NCBI GenBank assembly: GCA_903832475.1
Contig: CAILBQ010000461.1
Span: 1 to 57,114, forward strand
DNA length: 57,114 bases
Source: an uncultured Acidobacteriota bacterium
GTDB taxonomy: Bacteria; Acidobacteriota; Terriglobia; Terriglobales; Acidobacteriaceae
Direction: 5' to 3'
Shown: positions 17,390-27,058 of the stretch, one piece after another
How the letters are laid out: every line of letters begins with the position of its first letter
How positions within the stretch are numbered: position 1 is the stretch's first letter
The notes under the pieces: generated by a model
The model's database searches: none
Seen by the model: only the letters and a program-made list of their open reading frames with translations
Told to the model about the DNA's origin: nothing
Position numbers and translations under genes: made by a program

Positions 17390-19213
17390 CTACAGACGCG
17401 CGACGATGAATCCGAAAGGTTCAAGTTCGATGTGGTTCAAAAGGATGGTGTCGTGCTTGAGACCAGCGTTTCCTAAAGGAGAACGGTAGAGAATGTCGCC
17501 TTGGGTTGATGAGGGAGAAGCGGCGGGAAGCTGGGCGGCAAAGGTGCGCTTCTGTGCGCTCATGTTGAGGACGACGAGCACGGTTGAGTCCTTGCCTTTG
17601 CGCAAATAAGCGAAGACGTGGGGGTCGTCTTCGTTGATGGCCTGGTATTCGCCATCGCGCAGGGCGGGCTCGGACCTGCGCAGTTTCAGCAGCCGTTTGT
17701 AGGTGTTGAAGATGGAATCCTGGTTGGCAGATTCGGTGGCGACGTTGTAGGTGGCGGCGCTGGGCGGGATGGGCAGCCAGGGTTTTGGTGCGGTGGTGAA
17801 GCCGGCGTGAGGCATGGTGTCCCATTGCATGGGTGTGCGCTCGCCGTCGCGGCCTTTTTCCTTGGGCCAGCCGATTTTGCCGATGGGGTCGTGGACGTCT
17901 TCGATGCGGGTGGGGTCGGTGGTGCGCATGCCGAGCTCTTCGCCGTAGTACATCTGGGGAGTGCCGCGGGTGGTGAGCAGGAGCGCGGCCATGAGTTTGG
18001 CGATCTGGTCGTTATGCTTGCCGTCACCGTAGCGATCCCACTGCCGGGGCTGGTCGTGGTTTGAAAAGAAATATTCGGGCTGGCCCTTGGCGGTGTTGCC
18101 TTCCACCTCATTAAAAAGGGTGCGGAAGCGGGTGGCGGAAAGCTCGTTGACGTCGGCGATCTGAAAGTCCATGGGGAGCTGGACTTCGTCATCCTTGCCG
18201 TACATCTTGGTGAGCTCGGCAATATTGGGCTCATCGGCCTCCGTGATCATGACGGGGTCGCCGGGATAGGCGTCGACGACCTTGCGCATTTCGCGGAGGA
18301 CATCGTGGACTTCAGGGAGGTTGTCGGTGTAGTGGTGCTGGATGTTGCGATCGCCGTAGGCGTTGGTGCCGGGAAGGTAGGGGTCGTCGCGCATTGCGGG
18401 ATCTTCAAAGAGGCGGGAGGCGGCGTCGATGCGGAAGCCGGAGACGCCGCGGTTCATCCAGAAGCGGAGGACGTCGGCCATGGCTTTGTGGACTTCAGGA
18501 TTGCGCCAGTTGAGGTCGGGCTGCTGGACGTAGAAGTAATGGTAGTAGTACTGCTGGGTGGTTTCGTCCCAGGTCCAGGCGGAGTGACCGAACCAGGATT
18601 GCCAGTTGTTGGGCGGCTGCATCTTGCCGTCCTGGCCCGGTTTGCCGTCGTGCCAGATGTACCAGTCGCGCTTGGGATTGGTGCGGGAAGAGCGCGATTC
18701 CTTGAACCAGGGATGCTGGTCGGAGGTGTGGTTCATCACGTAGTCCATGATGACGTGGATGTTGCGTCGCTTTGCTTCCGCAACCATGCGGTCGAAGTCG
18801 GCCATGGTGCCGTATTCGGGATCGATGGCGGTGTAGTCGGCGATGTCATAGCCGTAGTCGACACCGGGGGAGGGGTACATGGGTGTGATCCAGATGGCGT
18901 CGATGCCTAGGTCTTTGAGGTAGTCGAGGCGAGAGGTGATGCCGTTGATGTCGCCGATGCCGTCGCCGTTGGAGTCCTGGAAAGAGCGAGGGTAGATTTC
19001 GTAGATCACAGCATGGCGCCACCAAGCGTCGTGATTTGCGGAACCGGAGGGCACGACGAGAGCGCCTGCGGAATCGGGCTGAGGATTCTGAGAGATTGAG
19101 CCGGTTTGGGGCACAGAACTTGGATGCTCGGCAAGGGCTTCGGGCGCGAAGGCGGACGCTAGGAACAGAAGCAGAACGACCTGATTTCGGGAGAGCACGG
19201 ATTTATACCTCAC
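17390..19213 (-). CDS. Secreted GH13 alpha-glucosidase / oligo-1,6-glucosidase-like enzyme
   Basis: YEIYPRSFQDSNGDGIGD, QPDLNW, GFRIDA, TEAD, SNHD, GRDGERTPMQW; probable GTG start 19213 followed by a signal peptide. Confidence 0.95.
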   Translation of the reverse strand: MRYKSVLSRNQVVLLLFLASAFAPEALAEHPSSVPQTGSISQNPQPDSAGALVVPSGSANHDAWWRHAVIYEIYPRSFQDSNGDGIGDINGITSRLDYLKDLGIDAIWITPMYPSPGVDYGYDIADYTAIDPEYGTMADFDRMVAEAKRRNIHVIMDYVMNHTSDQHPWFKESRSSRTNPKRDWYIWHDGKPGQDGKMQPPNNWQSWFGHSAWTWDETTQQYYYHYFYVQQPDLNWRNPEVHKAMADVLRFWMNRGVSGFRIDAASRLFEDPAMRDDPYLPGTNAYGDRNIQHHYTDNLPEVHDVLREMRKVVDAYPGDPVMITEADEPNIAELTKMYGKDDEVQLPMDFQIADVNELSATRFRTLFNEVEGNTAKGQPEYFFSNHDQPRQWDRYGDGKHNDQIAKLMAALLLTTRGTPQMYYGEELGMRTTDPTRIEDVHDPIGKIGWPKEKGRDGERTPMQWDTMPHAGFTTAPKPWLPIPPSAATYNVATESANQDSIFNTYKRLLKLRRSEPALRDGEYQAINEDDPHVFAYLRKGKDSTVLVVLNMSAQKRTFAAQLPAASPSSTQGDILYRSPLGNAGLKHDTILLNHIELEPFGFIVARL

Positions 19214-19411
19214 TGGCCCACGAAGTATAAAGCAGCACGAGTCGGCACTGGCTGCGCAGGGAGTCTCGTCCAGGCTCGTGCTGCGTGTAGATGTCAAGTT
19301 GCAGGGTGCGTAGGCCGCGGTGAGCGAGAGATTGAAAACCTCACTTCGGGACAAGTTTCGTAATTCACTGGCTGGTAACTCGGAAAGCTGGTATATCCCT
19401 AACTAACGATC

Positions 19412-22400
19412 ATGCGAGTTATCTTGTTGTGCTTGGTGTGTCTTTTTGTTGCCACGGGAGCTATGGGGCAAAGTGTTGCGGGGTCTGGCAGCGATGCCAA
19501 ACCGGCGGCGGTTGGAACGAAACCGGACCAAGCGGCGGCTCCGTATGCCGACGAGCCGTACGTCGTCGAGCGTCTGGATCACGTGTACACCATGGCCGCG
19601 GATGGCACGGGCACGACGCGGATGACGCTGGTGGCGCGGATCCAGTCGGATGCGACGGTGCGGCAGCTGGGTGTGGTGAACATTCCCTTTGCCGGGGCTT
19701 CCGAGCACGTGGAGATTGGCTACGTGCGCGTGCGGAGGCCGGATGGGACAGTGACGGCGACGCCGGTCGATGAGGCCATCGAGATGCCCAGCCCAGTGAC
19801 CACGGCGGCTCCGTTCTACAGCGATTTAAAACAGATGCAAATCCCGGTGCGCAATCTGCGCGTAGGCGACCGGCTGGAGTGGGAAGCGACGCTGGTGCGC
19901 ACCAAGGCGGAGGCTCCAGGGCAATTCTGGGCCAGCGAGAGCTTTCTGGAAGGGGCGGTGATTCTCTCGCAGAAGGTCGAGCTGCGGGTCCCGAAGGATT
20001 CTCCCGTCAAGGTATGGAGCGGTTCTCGCAAAGCGGTGGAATCCAGCACTGATAAGGAGAAGGTCTATGTCTGGGAAAACGCGCAACTGAAGCCGACTGT
20101 TGGCAAGGAGGCAGAGGCAGAGAAGGAGCGCAAGAAGAAAGAAGTCTTCACGGCGGAGCAGGAACTGGACTTTCACGAAGGGAAGTTTGCCGACGTTTCG
20201 TGGAGCACGTTTCCGAGCTGGGAAGCGGTGGGGAAGTGGTATCACGATCTCGAGGTGGAGCGGGTTCAGCCCGACGACGAAGTGAAGGCCAAGGTTGCCG
20301 AGCTGACGGCGGGGAAGAGCACGCAGGAGGACAAGGTCAAGGCGGTGTATGGCTATGTTTCGACGCAGATCCGGTACATCGGAGTGGCGTTCGGAATTGG
20401 GCGGTACCAGCCTCATCGCGCGGTGGAGGTGCTGCAGAACCAGTACGGGGACTGCAAGGACAAGCACACGCTGCTGGCCTCGATGCTGACTGTGCTGGGG
20501 TTGCATCCGGATGCGGTGCTGATCGGAGCCGGGGTGCGATTCAACCCGGAGCTGCCGTCGCCGGCGGCATTCAATCACCTGATTACGCGCTTCGATTTGG
20601 ACGGGAAAGAAGTGTGGCTGGACTCGACGGCTGAGGTGGCTCCGTACCGGATGCTGAACTTTGCCATTCGTGACAAGAATGCACTGGTGATCCCGGTGAC
20701 AGGCGTGTCGAAGATCGAGAAGAGCCCGGCAGAGCTGCCGTTTCCTGCGCGGCAGGAATTGAATGCGGTGGGAACACTGGACAAATCCGGGACCGCCAAT
20801 TCGCACGTGACCATGACGGTGCGCGGGGACGATGAGCTGATTATTCGGAGTGCGTTTCAGCAGATGTCGGCGGGGCAGTATGGAGAACTGGTGCAACGGA
20901 TGTCGCAGGGCATGGGTTTTGGCGGCACAACCAGCGGGGTGGAGGTTTCGCGGCCGGGCGATACGGCCGAGCCGTTCAAGGTCACCTACGACTACAAGCG
21001 TGAGAAGCCGGGCAACGACTGGGACAATCTGCGGATCACGACGTTTGTCGCGCCGACGCTGCTGCCGCGGGTGGAAGAGGAAGACCCGCCGGTGCAGGCA
21101 TTGTGGCTGGGGCCATCGCGAATCGAACATTCTTCGTCGGAGCTGAAGCTGCCGGAGGGCTGGGGTGCGGTGCTGCCGGAGGCAATCCATGCGAAGTCTG
21201 CGTGGGCGAGGTACGACCAGATCTATCGCTTCGACAAAGGCGTGCTGTATGCGGAGCGAACGGTTGAGGTGCTCGAGAAGCAGGTGCCGGTGGCGGAGTG
21301 GAAAAGCTGGAAGAAGTTTCAAGACGCAGCCGGGCTGAACAACGAGCCGTATGTGCAGCTAGTGCCGAAGAAAGAGGAGCAATCGACCGAGATTCAGCTC
21401 AAGGGCAGCGTGTTCCATGCAGAGAGAAAACCCGTCGAGAACAAGAACTGGCAGATTTCCGGGAATGGAGCCGAAGTGGAGCCGAAAGGTAGTGGGGGTA
21501 ATGGCACGCCAGCGACAGAAATCATTCTGAAAGGGGAGCCCGCGCCGTTACCGGGCGACCATCCTGGTTCCACAGGACCCGTGGATGCAGGGAAACTCGC
21601 AACCGGTCCATCGACGGCGGCGGCCAATGAGGAAGCGGCTAAGCTGGTGGGGAATGCGTACGCGGCGATCCAGAGGCATGACCTGGATGGGGCCAGGCGG
21701 CAGTTGGACGATGCTCAGGCGCTCAACAGCCAACAAGCGTGGCTGTGGACAACGTACGGATACCTGGAACTGGCGAAGTACCAGCTTCCGGCGGCGATTG
21801 AGGATTTTCAGAAGGAATTAACGCTGCATCCCGAAACCTATGCGGCGTATGCGCCGCTGGCGCAGTCGCAGCGCATGCTGAATCAGAAGGTGGAAGCAGA
21901 AAAAACGCTTCACAAATGGGCAGAGGCGCAGCCGGACAGCGCGGCCCCTGCGATTGCGCTGGTTTCGATGTTGCTGGGCGATGAGCAGTTCGGCAGCGCC
22001 GCCGCCGAGGCCGAGGGGGCAGTGGCCAGGCTGCCGGAGCCGGCCAGACAGGACGAGACATTGCAACTGCTGCTGGGGCGGGCAGAGATTCGGTACATCT
22101 TCAAGGAGAAAGGCCACGCCGTGCTGTTGGCGCTTCTCCAAAAGACCGAAGATCCGGGGCGGATGAACGACTGCGCATATGAGTTGGCGGATGCTGGTTT
22201 GGAACTGCCGCTGGCGGAAACCAAGACGCGCGAGGCGCTGGTCCAACAGACGGAGGCTACCAAGTCCTGGACGCTCGACGAAAATCCGCAAACGCTGCTG
22301 GCCAAGACACATAGCCTGGCCGCAACGTGGGACACGATGGGATGGATTTTGTTCAAGGAAGGGAAGCTGGATGAGGCGCGCAGCTACATTCACGCGGCCA

Positions 22401-22888
22401 TGCTGACGCAGCAGAACGCGGAAGTGCTGGAGCATCTGGGGGAAATCGAGGAAGCGCGCGGATATCCGGACATTGCACGCCGCGATTACGAACTGGCAAT
22501 GGCGACGTTCCCCGGCTACGACATGATGGGGGTGCGGCACGCGCCAGGGGCGAAGGAGAAAGAGCTGACGGAGCGAGTGGGGAGGTTGTCGAAGAAAGGA
22601 TCGAAGGAGTTGGATCCGGATGCCAAGAAGGAATTGATGGCTCTGCGGACGATTCCACTTGGGGCGTCGGGGACTTTGAATGGGACAGAGGAGTTCCGGC
22701 TGCTGCTGAGCGGGGGAAGGGTGACGCGGGCGGAGAAGATTGGCGACAAGGAAGTCTCCGGGGGCGAGGACAAGCTGAAACAGGCGAGCGTAGCGCGGTT
22801 CTGGCCGTTGGGTTCGGAGGCGAGCCTGGTTCGCCAGGGATTTCTCAATTGCCACACGGGAATTTGCGAGCTGGTTCTCGAACCATAG
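19412..22888 (+). CDS. Secreted DUF3857 / transglutaminase-like / TPR protein
   Basis: Signal peptide; Cys-His-Asp triad motifs GDCKDKH, FNHLI and WLDST; C-terminal TPR helices (WDTMGWILF, EVLEHLGEI). Confidence 0.9.
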   Translation: MRVILLCLVCLFVATGAMGQSVAGSGSDAKPAAVGTKPDQAAAPYADEPYVVERLDHVYTMAADGTGTTRMTLVARIQSDATVRQLGVVNIPFAGASEHVEIGYVRVRRPDGTVTATPVDEAIEMPSPVTTAAPFYSDLKQMQIPVRNLRVGDRLEWEATLVRTKAEAPGQFWASESFLEGAVILSQKVELRVPKDSPVKVWSGSRKAVESSTDKEKVYVWENAQLKPTVGKEAEAEKERKKKEVFTAEQELDFHEGKFADVSWSTFPSWEAVGKWYHDLEVERVQPDDEVKAKVAELTAGKSTQEDKVKAVYGYVSTQIRYIGVAFGIGRYQPHRAVEVLQNQYGDCKDKHTLLASMLTVLGLHPDAVLIGAGVRFNPELPSPAAFNHLITRFDLDGKEVWLDSTAEVAPYRMLNFAIRDKNALVIPVTGVSKIEKSPAELPFPARQELNAVGTLDKSGTANSHVTMTVRGDDELIIRSAFQQMSAGQYGELVQRMSQGMGFGGTTSGVEVSRPGDTAEPFKVTYDYKREKPGNDWDNLRITTFVAPTLLPRVEEEDPPVQALWLGPSRIEHSSSELKLPEGWGAVLPEAIHAKSAWARYDQIYRFDKGVLYAERTVEVLEKQVPVAEWKSWKKFQDAAGLNNEPYVQLVPKKEEQSTEIQLKGSVFHAERKPVENKNWQISGNGAEVEPKGSGGNGTPATEIILKGEPAPLPGDHPGSTGPVDAGKLATGPSTAAANEEAAKLVGNAYAAIQRHDLDGARRQLDDAQALNSQQAWLWTTYGYLELAKYQLPAAIEDFQKELTLHPETYAAYAPLAQSQRMLNQKVEAEKTLHKWAEAQPDSAAPAIALVSMLLGDEQFGSAAAEAEGAVARLPEPARQDETLQLLLGRAEIRYIFKEKGHAVLLALLQKTEDPGRMNDCAYELADAGLELPLAETKTREALVQQTEATKSWTLDENPQTLLAKTHSLAATWDTMGWILFKEGKLDEARSYIHAAMLTQQNAEVLEHLGEIEEARGYPDIARRDYELAMATFPGYDMMGVRHAPGAKEKELTERVGRLSKKGSKELDPDAKKELMALRTIPLGASGTLNGTEEFRLLLSGGRVTRAEKIGDKEVSGGEDKLKQASVARFWPLGSEASLVRQGFLNCHTGICELVLEP

Positions 22889-22979
22889 GCGCAACTGACG
22901 CGTTTTCGACCGAGTATTCGCTGAAAGGACGAAGGTGCGCTTCGGTTTCTCAGGGAAATCTTGCGGAATAGCTGAATGT

Positions 22980-23351
22980 CTATTCCTGGAACGTGACGCA
23001 GACACCTCCGGGGTCGATGGCGGCGAATTCTGTTGTGCCCCAGGGTTTTTTCTGGAGCGGGCCGTTGGGATGTACGGTGCCGCCGCGCTGCTGGTATTCG
23101 GCGTAGAACTCGGCAACATCTTTCACCAGGAGGCGGACCATGGTTTGTTCGCCAACAGTCCTGGCGAGGGCTGGATCGCTGAATCGATTGAGGTGAATGC
23201 GTGCGCCCTGGCGTTCAACCCCGGCGTAGCTTGGGGGCGTGCCGTAGGAGAAGCTTTCGGTGAAGCCACAGATGTTGATCCACCAAGCGAGGGAAGCGGC
23301 GACGTCGGGGGTGGGCAGGATGGGGATGGCAGTCAGGATGGTTGCGGCCAT
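22980..23351 (-). CDS. VOC/glyoxalase (bleomycin-resistance-like) protein
   Basis: PIL-x-x-x-DV, KPWGTTEFAAIDPGG. Confidence 0.9.
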   Translation of the reverse strand: MAATILTAIPILPTPDVAASLAWWINICGFTESFSYGTPPSYAGVERQGARIHLNRFSDPALARTVGEQTMVRLLVKDVAEFYAEYQQRGGTVHPNGPLQKKPWGTTEFAAIDPGGVCVTFQE

Positions 23352-23397
23352 GCCGACACTTTAAATCAACTGAGAAAATGCCGTCGACGAGCAGGGA

Positions 23398-24234
23398 CTA
23401 AAGGCTGCCGGCCTGGCGAAGCATGGCGCCGTCGATGAAGTGAGTGCTGCCGGTGATGTAGCTGGCCTCGGGGCTGGCGAGGAAGAGGGCGAGGCTGGCG
23501 ACTTCTTCAGGCTTGCCCCAGCGGCCCATGGGGATTTCCGCCATAAGGGCGGCTTCGAACTTGGGGTCGGCTTCGACGTCGGCGTCGATGGGGGTGTAGA
23601 TGGCGCCGGGCCCGATGTTATTGACCGTGATCTGGTGGGGGGCGAGTTCGACGGCCATGGTGCGCATAAGCATGCGGATGCCGCCCTTGGTGGTGGCGTA
23701 GGGGGCGTTGAGGGGGAAGGCCAGGTCTTCGTGGATGGAGGAGATGTTGATGATTCTTCCACCCGAGGGTTGGAGAACTTTTTCGGGGCTTGCGCTTTGA
23801 TCTTTGGCGAGATTGCCGTTCTGGGCGATGAACTGGCGGGCGGCAGCCTGGGAGCAGAGGAAGGTTCCGCCAAGGTTGACGGCGACAATTTTCGACCATT
23901 CTTCGAAGGGGTAGTCGACGAACGCATATTTCTTTTCAATTCCGGCATTGTTGACGAGGATGTCGAGGCGGCCGAACTTCTCCAGGGTTTGGGAGAAGAG
24001 GCGGGCGACGTCGTCGGGTTTGGAGATGTCGGCGGCGATGGCGATGGCCTGACCCGCGTCCGGGCCGGCATGGGGAAGCTGGGCGATCTTTTCCAGAGTT
24101 TGCGCGGCGGCGGAGGGGTCGCCCACGTAGTCAACGACGACCGAGGCGCCCTCCTGGGCGAAAGCGATGGCGATGGCCTGGCCGATGCCGGTGCCGGCTC
24201 CGGTGACGATGGCGACTTTGCCGGTGAAGCGCAT
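23398..24234 (-). CDS. SDR oxidoreductase, glucose 1-dehydrogenase-like
   Basis: TGAGTGIG, NNAG, SSIHE, YATTK, IGPGAI-x-TPI; RBS GAGGAG. Confidence 0.92.
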   Translation of the reverse strand: MRFTGKVAIVTGAGTGIGQAIAIAFAQEGASVVVDYVGDPSAAAQTLEKIAQLPHAGPDAGQAIAIAADISKPDDVARLFSQTLEKFGRLDILVNNAGIEKKYAFVDYPFEEWSKIVAVNLGGTFLCSQAAARQFIAQNGNLAKDQSASPEKVLQPSGGRIINISSIHEDLAFPLNAPYATTKGGIRMLMRTMAVELAPHQITVNNIGPGAIYTPIDADVEADPKFEAALMAEIPMGRWGKPEEVASLALFLASPEASYITGSTHFIDGAMLRQAGSL

Positions 24235-24335
24235 GGGTTTCTCCTCGAATTCGCGGGTCAACGGTTTGGATGCGGAATCGGCGCAGAAGGAGATGAATGC
24301 CGGATGATTTTGCGGCTATGTGGCTGCCACGGATT

Positions 24336-24590
24336 TTATCGGCGGGATTTGCGTGGGTGGTCGAGAGTTGAGGTGACGGTGAGAGCGTGCTGCGGACAGG
24401 TGTTCACGCAGGTCTGGCAGAGGATGCAGTCGGTGGATTCGATGCGCTCGTGGCTGGCGATCTGGGCGGGCAGGTCTATGTTCATGGGGCAGACGCGGGC
24501 GCAGTCTCCGCACTGATCGCATTTGGCGGGGTCGGCGGAAATCTGGAGGAGCGCGTAGCAGGAGGGGATGGCGACAGCCGGACGTTCGCG
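24336..24590 (-). pseudogene. C-terminal 2x[4Fe-4S] ferredoxin remnant of a NapH/MauN-like membrane polyferredoxin
   Basis: CDQCGDCARVCP and CILCQTCVNTCP; no credible N-terminal membrane part or RBS. Confidence 0.55.
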
Positions 24591-24766
24591 GCGCACCAGA
24601 CGAAGGAGGGACAAACAGAGGCGGGACAGAAAAGGACGGGTCCACGGGGATGGTGGCGGGGTGGGCATGAGTCTACCGGGAAGAATGGCGCAGGCAAAGA
24701 AGGATGGCGGTGATGGAGATCACGGATCGCTCAGCGCCAGCCGTTTGGGCCATGAAATTTCCCGGC

Positions 24767-25009
24767 TTAAGGGATGAGGGCGCGGATGCGGGACTCGATC
24801 ATGCTGCAGGGGATGAAGATGGGCTTGTTGGTGCACTGGATGGTGAGGGTGGCGGAGCCTTCGTCGTAATTCCAGGTGAAGTCCATGCCTTGGAATTGAG
24901 TGGAGCCGGTGATGCCGGTGAGGTTGAGGCCCTGGCCCTGGGCGGTGGCGAGGAGGGTGGCGTACTTGTCGGCGGTGATGCCCTGGAGGGCGATGGCGGG
25001 ACAGCTCAT
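24767..25009 (-). CDS. Small hypothetical protein (80 aa)
   Basis: MSCPAIALQG...CTNKPIFIPCSMIESRIRALIP; RBS GAGG; strong C-ending codon bias. Confidence 0.75.
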   Translation of the reverse strand: MSCPAIALQGITADKYATLLATAQGQGLNLTGITGSTQFQGMDFTWNYDEGSATLTIQCTNKPIFIPCSMIESRIRALIP

Positions 25010-25061
25010 GTTTTGGCCTCTGCATAACGGTAGCAAATGTCGGCGGCTTCGGGGAGGAGAG

Positions 25062-25255
25062 GCGGATTCCGGTGAGGGAATGGCAAGAGAGGGGCAGGAG
25101 CAAAAGCAGATTCCCCTGAGGGGAATGACAGAAAGAAAAGCAAAGGCAAAAGCAAGAGCCAGAAAAAGAACAAAGCAAAAACAAGAGCAAAGCAAAAACA
25201 AGAGCAAAGCAACAACAAGAGCAAAGCGAGGTCCTTCGCTTCGTTCAGGATGACA
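25062..25255 (+). repeat. Composite repeat: degenerate B + B + 17-bp tandem x3 + D element
   Basis: B at 25102-25150; CAAAGCAAAAACAAGAG x3 at 25171-25221; D-type GGTCCTTCGCTTCGTTCAGGATGACA ending 25255. Confidence 0.85.
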
Positions 25256-25290
25256 AACGAGAGGGGAGGGGGAACGGACAGACGCCCGAT

Positions 25291-27006
25291 TCAGGATTGG
25301 GTGGAGGGGAGGAGGCCGAGGGTTTGGGAGCCGTCTTCGGTTTCGTCGTCGGGGAAGCCGCCAAGGATGCCGCGCTGGGTGAGTGTGCCGATGGCGCGGA
25401 GGATCAGATAGGCGGTGATCATGGTGATCGAGGTCCAGAGGAAGGTGGCGCCGTGGGACTCGGTGTGCAGTTCGGCCTGAACGGTGGAGAGGACGAGCAG
25501 GGGAAAGAAAGCGGTGTAGGTGACCAGGGTGAGAGGGAGATTGGTGCGGCCGGGAAGGCGAGGGCTGGTGAAGGGGATGTGGGTGCGTCCGAGGAAGAAG
25601 AGATCAGGGAGGAGAAGGGTGAGGCCGGCTCCCCAGGTGGTCTGGATGGCGAGGCCCCACCAGCTCCAATGAATGGCGAGGAGGAGGGCGAGGACGACGG
25701 CGGTGATCGCGGCACAGCCGAGACGAACCCAGGTTTTCGCGGATTTGGCGGCGGGCAAGGCCATGGGGCTGGTGGGCGGCAGGTTGATGGGAAAGACCCA
25801 GCGGGCGAGCATGTCGACGGGGAAGGCGAAGGCGGTTTTGAGTCCCGCGACGAGCCAGAAGAGGAGCAGGGGGAGGAGGGCGTGGAGGCCGGTGGTGTCG
25901 AGGGCGATGGTGAGGGTGTCGGCGAGCGGGCGGGCGGGGTTGTGGGTGGTGTGGAAGGTGAGAATGCAGGTGAAGGCCATGGCTAGGCCGACTCCGGCGT
26001 AGGTGGCGATGTATGCCTGGTAGTGCGTGTTGCGGGTGATGGTCTGGGAGAGAAACTGGAAGACCGCGCGCTGCTCGGGGTGGCGGAGGAGGGTTCTGTG
26101 GAGGAGATTCGAGAAGAAATGGCGCGAGGAGCGCCGGACCGAAGATGCACCTTCGAGAGCGCGCTTTTTCTGGCGGGACCAGGCGAGGGGGTAGAGGGCG
26201 AGGGCGACAAGGAAGGCGACGGCTATTGCGATGAGAGCGATTGCAGCGAGAGATGCGGAGGCGGGAGAGGCCGCGGCGGGGTTGTTGAGATGTTCATAAA
26301 GGCCGAGGAACCAGAGCGGGGGGAAGCAGCGGGCGAGGGAGGGGCTGCCTTCGAGGAGGGACTGGAGGTGTCCGCCGACCAAGGGGAAGAGGAGCATGAG
26401 CAGGACGAGTCCGGCCATGGCGAAGCACTGCAGGAGCGGGGAGAACCAGCGCAGGATGTTATCGGGCAGGAGGGCGATGGAGAGTCCCTTGATGGCCAGC
26501 ATGCTGAAGGCGGCAAAGATGCCGGCGGTGAAGACGGCGATGGCGTGGACAGCGACGGTGTGCACGTAGTACTCGTCGCGGGTGGTGCTGAGGCCGGGGT
26601 AGAGGATGAGGGCGAAGAGGTTCGAGGCGACCAGAAAGAGGCCGAGGAAGGTAAGGAGGGCGCGGCCCTTGGCGTAGAAGAGTTCGCGGGATTTGAGGGG
26701 GAGCGGAAGCAGGATGAGGAAGTCGGCGCGGTCAGGGAAGAGCATGTCCCATTCGAAAGCAGTGATGGCGCCCATGGCGACGAAGGCATAGAGGACGAAA
26801 AAGTAGCGGTCGGCGGCGATGCCCCAGAGCGAGCGGTGCGGGTAGTGGGTCTGCAGCCAGAAAGCGGTCATGAGGCCGGGGACGGCGGTGATGATGAGGG
26901 CGCGGAGGACGGAGGTCTGAGTGTCTCCGTTGGCGGAGAGAGTGTCGTTGTCGAAGAAGCGGCGGAAGAAGTGGGCGGTGAGGATGCGAGTGGTTTGGGT
27001 GGGCAT
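25291..27006 (-). CDS. Multi-pass membrane protein, probable ABC permease
   Basis: Many hydrophobic segments; WDMLFPDRADFLILLPLPLKSRELFYAK coupling-like motif; co-oriented downstream of an ABC ATPase; alternative start 27051. Confidence 0.8.
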   Translation of the reverse strand: MPTQTTRILTAHFFRRFFDNDTLSANGDTQTSVLRALIITAVPGLMTAFWLQTHYPHRSLWGIAADRYFFVLYAFVAMGAITAFEWDMLFPDRADFLILLPLPLKSRELFYAKGRALLTFLGLFLVASNLFALILYPGLSTTRDEYYVHTVAVHAIAVFTAGIFAAFSMLAIKGLSIALLPDNILRWFSPLLQCFAMAGLVLLMLLFPLVGGHLQSLLEGSPSLARCFPPLWFLGLYEHLNNPAAASPASASLAAIALIAIAVAFLVALALYPLAWSRQKKRALEGASSVRRSSRHFFSNLLHRTLLRHPEQRAVFQFLSQTITRNTHYQAYIATYAGVGLAMAFTCILTFHTTHNPARPLADTLTIALDTTGLHALLPLLLFWLVAGLKTAFAFPVDMLARWVFPINLPPTSPMALPAAKSAKTWVRLGCAAITAVVLALLLAIHWSWWGLAIQTTWGAGLTLLLPDLFFLGRTHIPFTSPRLPGRTNLPLTLVTYTAFFPLLVLSTVQAELHTESHGATFLWTSITMITAYLILRAIGTLTQRGILGGFPDDETEDGSQTLGLLPSTQS

Positions 27007-27058
27007 GGTTTTCTCACGACTCTCTTTTTTGAATGACAAGCTGATCGACATTTGTTTG

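Noticed and set aside
19826-23119. Long antisense ORFs (e.g. 19826-21322, 21818-23119; likewise 35023-36477 and 33061-34197)
   Set aside because: Shadow frames of high-GC genes with biased, low-complexity translations and no motifs
25141-25227. Short direct repeats as a possible CRISPR array
   Set aside because: Contiguous 17-bp tandem units with no unique spacers, and no cas genes in the window
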